Below are positions 60,001 to 64,000 of a stretch of 64,000 nt of DNA, one piece after another. The number at the start of each line of letters is the position of its first letter. The stretch's first letter is position 1. The stretch is from positions 1,612,001 through 1,676,000 of the forward strand of contig CDRNST010000035.1 in NCBI GenBank assembly GCA_977016875.1, in the 5' to 3' direction. The notes under the pieces are model-generated. The model ran no database searches. It was not told the DNA's origin and worked only from the letters and a program-made list of their open reading frames with translations. The position numbers were made by a program, and so were the translations under genes. This DNA comes from Pavona decussata. Lineage: Eukaryota.

Positions 60001-61266
60001 GTAACGTGCCACGCAAGCGTTTCCGTGGAATTTTCTGCACTAAAAAGCTGATTTCCATATTTTGGACGCGCGCGAAATGGGGCGGGAGCGAAAAAGGGAG
60101 GGGGGAGGAGAGGGAGGAGAGAGAGTTTCAAGAGTTTCTTTCTTCTTTCCCCTCCCCTCCCCCTCCTCTGACTTTTTCGCTAACCGCTTGTAGTTCCGAT
60201 GTCTGCGCGGTCAAACAGCGAAAAACGAACAAATGGAAATGGAGTTTCAAGTAGTACTGCGTCAGCGAGATTTAGTCGAGCAGGAGCTCCAATAAACTCT
60301 CCAATTACAAAGACGGTCATAAGAACAAGAAAGACTGAGTTTGCTGTTCCCTTGCGAACAAATCATGGTTCATCTGTTGAATTTCCTCGTTTGCATTTCC
60401 TGTATGAATGTCTAAATTACCATGAAGAAACTGTTGGGATGCACCTTCTTTAGTTGTCATATATATTCTAGTTTTTATACCTGCTAACTCTCGCGCCTGC
60501 GGTTTAAAAACTTCGATCTTACGCCAGCTCACACGTACGGACCGAATTCAGTATTAAAAAATTTCCTGGTTGAAAAAACAATTCTTAAAAATATGTAGAC
60601 ACAAACCAATGGGAGAAAAGAAAAAGTCCACTAGAAATGACTGAATGGCGATACTTTCCCCGAAATGTCTGATTTTTGAAGGTCCGTATGGAGATAATCA
60701 TTTTCTTGAGAACTTCAGAATTACTCGGGCCGTCTTCGGAAATCTTCGGACATACAGTCGTGTCGTCTTCGAAAATCCCCGCACTCCTGGGATAAAATCT
60801 CACGCCTTTGCGTCAGAAAAAGTTGGCAGGTATATATTCTGCATATCGATTTGTTTGGTTTGATCGTGATTAGCCTTTGTGTGTCCTATTTGGTAGGACG
60901 GTTGATCATAACAGAGGCTCTTCCCATCCGTATTCGCATTTCTACCAAATACACAAGGCGATTGACTTTGTACGCGCGAAATATTGCAAAGTTGCTCCCC
61001 TGGTTGGTACATAAATATTGTAGTGCAACTGAGCCATTATTACATTTATAGGTTATAACTGGGAAGGCAATCCTAACTGGCGTATTAACCAAGGGGGATT
61101 TAATTGTATTTTTAAATCTTTATGAAAATACTTTTGCGGCTGAATCTCCAGAACGTAATTAGGAGAACTCTGGACATGATGGCTCAGTAAAGGTTAATAC
61201 AATCCAAACCACAGTAAACCACATTATTGATTAACCTCTTCGCCTAGCTACAGAAATCCGGTTACC

Positions 61267-61315
<49 letters not shown>

Positions 61316-61609
61316 GAGATACTCGGGTTTCCTATGGGTGGTGCCAACTAAAACAGGAATATTTTTGCTCGGTTTAAGGCTATGCGGAGAAAGCAGAGCT
61401 TAGCAAATGCTTTTGGTATGTCAAAAGAAAATTGGGGGTGACCATGCATTTTACAGTTACGTTCTAATTCGCTCCGCTCAAACGAACGTAAATCATTTTA
61501 CCCTTAAATTCCCGTAATACAAACAAATCATACAAGAAATATGGTAGGATGCGCAAGCGGATCCAAAACAGTTTATTATAAGATAAATAGCTACTAATTA
61601 ACAATTATT

Positions 61610-61764
61610 NNNNNNNNNNNNNNNNNNNNNNNNNNNNNNNNNNNNNNNNNNNNNNNNNNNNNNNNNNNNNNNNNNNNNNNNNNNNNNNNNNNNNNNNNNN
61701 NNNNNNNNNNNNNNNNNNNNNNNNNNNNNNNNNNNNNNNNNNNNNNNNNNNNNNNNNNNNNNNN
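61610..61764. other. Assembly gap (N run)
   Basis: Run of N bases. Confidence 1.
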
Positions 61765-62398
61765 CATTGGGGCTTTTCAGGAACAATTATTTAAATACTT
61801 AAGTTACTAATAACTACACAATTAAAATTAATCAAATTTAAAAAACAATTACAACATTATCTAAACTTACTAATCGAGAAAAATACTAAAAATAAATGAA
61901 GTTCAGGAAGTATTTACAAAATTGTCTAAAAGCTTATTCTTTAAGGTACGTTTAAAAACTTGAACAGAACGGCTTGATTTAAAAAGGGGGTCTAAATAGG
62001 CGCGTAGCGCCGAGTTGGCTATAATCATCTCATATCCAACAAGCGCAAGTGGAATAATTGTTTTATTAAAAACAACCGAGAAATATTGCTAGATCTTACT
62101 GATTTCGCCGTGCAAGAACGACCAGAAGGCAATTTAATGGTCGCCATTTCTCGGCCATGGTATAATTGCTCATATACCATGGCCGCTAAGCCAATCAAAT
62201 CCCTCGAATTGCATTATACAATGATGCAGTTTTTTAATAATAGACTGCAGTTTTACATAATAGACTGAAGAAAATTACAAAACTGTTTGTTACTAATACA
62301 AGACAACTTGCAGGAAAATCACAAGACTGGTGTTTTTTTTTTTTTTTTTACAATACTTATTAAAAGCATGCATTAAATAATATAAGTTCGATAATACA

Positions 62399-63412
62399 TT
62401 ACAAACCTAAACACTTAGATACTTGTAATCTGCTTTCAAGACTTTCTTCTACATACATATCCTTGGCCGAATCAGATTTCCATCTACCATGCATTTTAAG
62501 AAGCCTTTCTGGAATTGAGTTACAACTATTACGTACCGCAGAAGTAATGCCACCGGATCTTAAACTATGAAGACCATAATCATTAGGGTTGTAACCCAGC
62601 TGACTTAAGGTATTCCTTAAGATATCTCTACAAGTAGTATAAGAAATCTTACCACTTCTAAGGGTATAGATAGAACTACTACGGTGAAAAACAGGCGGTC
62701 TAAATAAAGGGAGAGAACTACATAAGGCAATACCAGATAAATCTAAGTACCTCTGTAAAACACTAACAGGACAGTACTTAGACCTGGATGCGCTAATGAA
62801 GACGTAATTCCCTTCCCTATAAACATCCTTCTTACTACGAGGTACAAAAATTCTAATATAATCACTGTGAAATTCAATATGCTTAGGAGCGATACTGCAT
62901 AATTCGTCATGACGAAAAAATCCTGTAAAAGCTGAAGAGCATAACGCGGCGATACGAAGATTCTTTAAATTAGCGTCTTTCTTATTATGGATATCTAAAA
63001 TACTACTTGTGATATCTGTGGTAATAGGCTTCTTTTTCACAACGGGCTGTGATTTCTGGCGTTTAGCAGACTCAACAATATTCCTGCAAAAGTCACTATC
63101 CAAAGGATTACGATCCAAACTAGGGACAAAGGAATGAAGCCATTTAAGGGCGGCATGGGCTAAAATTACTGAGGAACTAGAGGTGCAAGACTGCTGAACT
63201 TCAAATAAATAAAGAGAAACAACACTAAGAGGAAAAGGTAGCTGCAAGTTGAAATGCTTACTTTTATACCACTCAAAAAACTTCCTAATTACGCGAACGT
63301 AGGCTTTAGAAGTTGTATCCGCCCTGGACTTCAACATAACTTCTAAAACCTGATAAACGTTGCCTGAGGAAAATTGTTGAAAACCTTTCCAGGACTTACT
63401 TGACAAGATTAC
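62399..63412 (-). CDS. Tyrosine recombinase (phage-integrase fold)
   Basis: FTGFFRHDEL (R), PRSKKD (K), LHSLRSGG (HxxR), HGRWKS...DMY (H/W, Y). An acceptor-like TTGTCTTTCCAG| at 63413 suggests a spliced start. Confidence 0.88.
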   Translation of the reverse strand, partial: VILSSKSWKGFQQFSSGNVYQVLEVMLKSRADTTSKAYVRVIRKFFEWYKSKHFNLQLPFPLSVVSLYLFEVQQSCTSSSSVILAHAALKWLHSFVPSLDRNPLDSDFCRNIVESAKRQKSQPVVKKKPITTDITSSILDIHNKKDANLKNLRIAALCSSAFTGFFRHDELCSIAPKHIEFHSDYIRIFVPRSKKDVYREGNYVFISASRSKYCPVSVLQRYLDLSGIALCSSLPLFRPPVFHRSSSIYTLRSGKISYTTCRDILRNTLSQLGYNPNDYGLHSLRSGGITSAVRNSCNSIPERLLKMHGRWKSDSAKDMYVEESLESRLQVSKCLGL

Positions 63413-64000
63413 CTGGAAAGACAAGAACAAAACATACACACTAAAAGAGCAAAAAGAACATCCGCTCATAACCGAACAAAAGGAAAAGAAATAACGATCA
63501 TGGGGCCAGTGCCACATAAAACGATAAACCATAATTATTTGAGCCAGTGCCCGACAAAACAAAATTCATTGACTAGGCCAGTACCACATAAAACAACAAT
63601 ACGTTGTTTAAGCCAGTGCCATGAGAAATGATAAACCATTAATTAAGCCAGTGCCACATAAATAAACAATATATTGTTTTGGCCAGTGCCACCAAAAGGA
63701 TATAATGATTAGGCTAATAGACACACCATCAAATAGATAACTCAGTAAACTTCAATCTCAAGGCAATAATATTTCCTGTGAAAAGATCAGACCCTAAGAG
63801 CGAATTAGGGTTCCTACCGTGGGTTAGAACCTCCTTCCCAATATGAATACTGTGGGCCACAAGATAACTACTATACTTAAGTGTAATTAAAGGCCAGAAA
63901 TGAGCCGAAGGCCAAAGAGGTACAACAAGCGTACCAACGGCCTGCTGAGATTTCAAATAATGCAATACGCGTGGGACGATACCAACTGGAGGAACTACAA
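62399..64000 (-). mobile_element. DIRS/Ngaro-type tyrosine-recombinase retrotransposon, 3' part (extends beyond the window)
   Basis: A YR ORF plus an upstream ORF tail PPVGIVPRVLHYL...GTLVVPLWPSAHFWP, typical of the methyltransferase-like C-terminus of DIRS-group pol. Confidence 0.8.

Noticed and set aside
57086-61609. Short ORFs right of the Polinton
   Set aside because: No recognisable motifs; the region looks like a mosaic of non-coding interspersed repeats.
63505-63692. CRISPR-like repeat/spacer appearance
   Set aside because: The conserved core is only ~9 bp, the spacers resemble each other, the context is a eukaryotic retroelement and there are no cas genes.

Overview
Eukaryotic, AT-rich animal genomic DNA with spliceosomal introns, microsatellites and MITE-like fold-backs; the repeat landscape suggests a stony coral, which is my inference and is not verified. 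The left half holds a multi-exon FUBP/KHSRP-family KH-domain gene (- strand, CDS about 21471 to 6378), an MFSD6-like transporter 5' fragment and a single-exon class A GPCR. The centre is a full-length ~25.3 kb Maverick/Polinton (adintovirus-like endogenous virus, 31760..57079) with ~150-165 bp TIRs beginning AGTAGT and a 6-bp target-site duplication (GCTTTC). It encodes pPolB, integrase, packaging ATPase, adenain protease, major capsid, two penton-like minor capsids, a parvovirus-type PLA2 and basic core proteins; several genes carry lesions. Main finding: the element carries an apparent modular E3-ligase locus. One constant RING-finger exon (50012..50353) ends in a phase-0 GTAAGA donor and is followed by 12-13 tandem 3'-terminal cassettes. 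Each cassette begins right after a pyrimidine-rich/AG acceptor in phase 0, and many are divergent paralogues, so alternative splicing could yield a repertoire of RING proteins with swappable C-terminal domains. The right end has an assembly gap and the 3' part of a DIRS/Ngaro-type tyrosine-recombinase retrotransposon.
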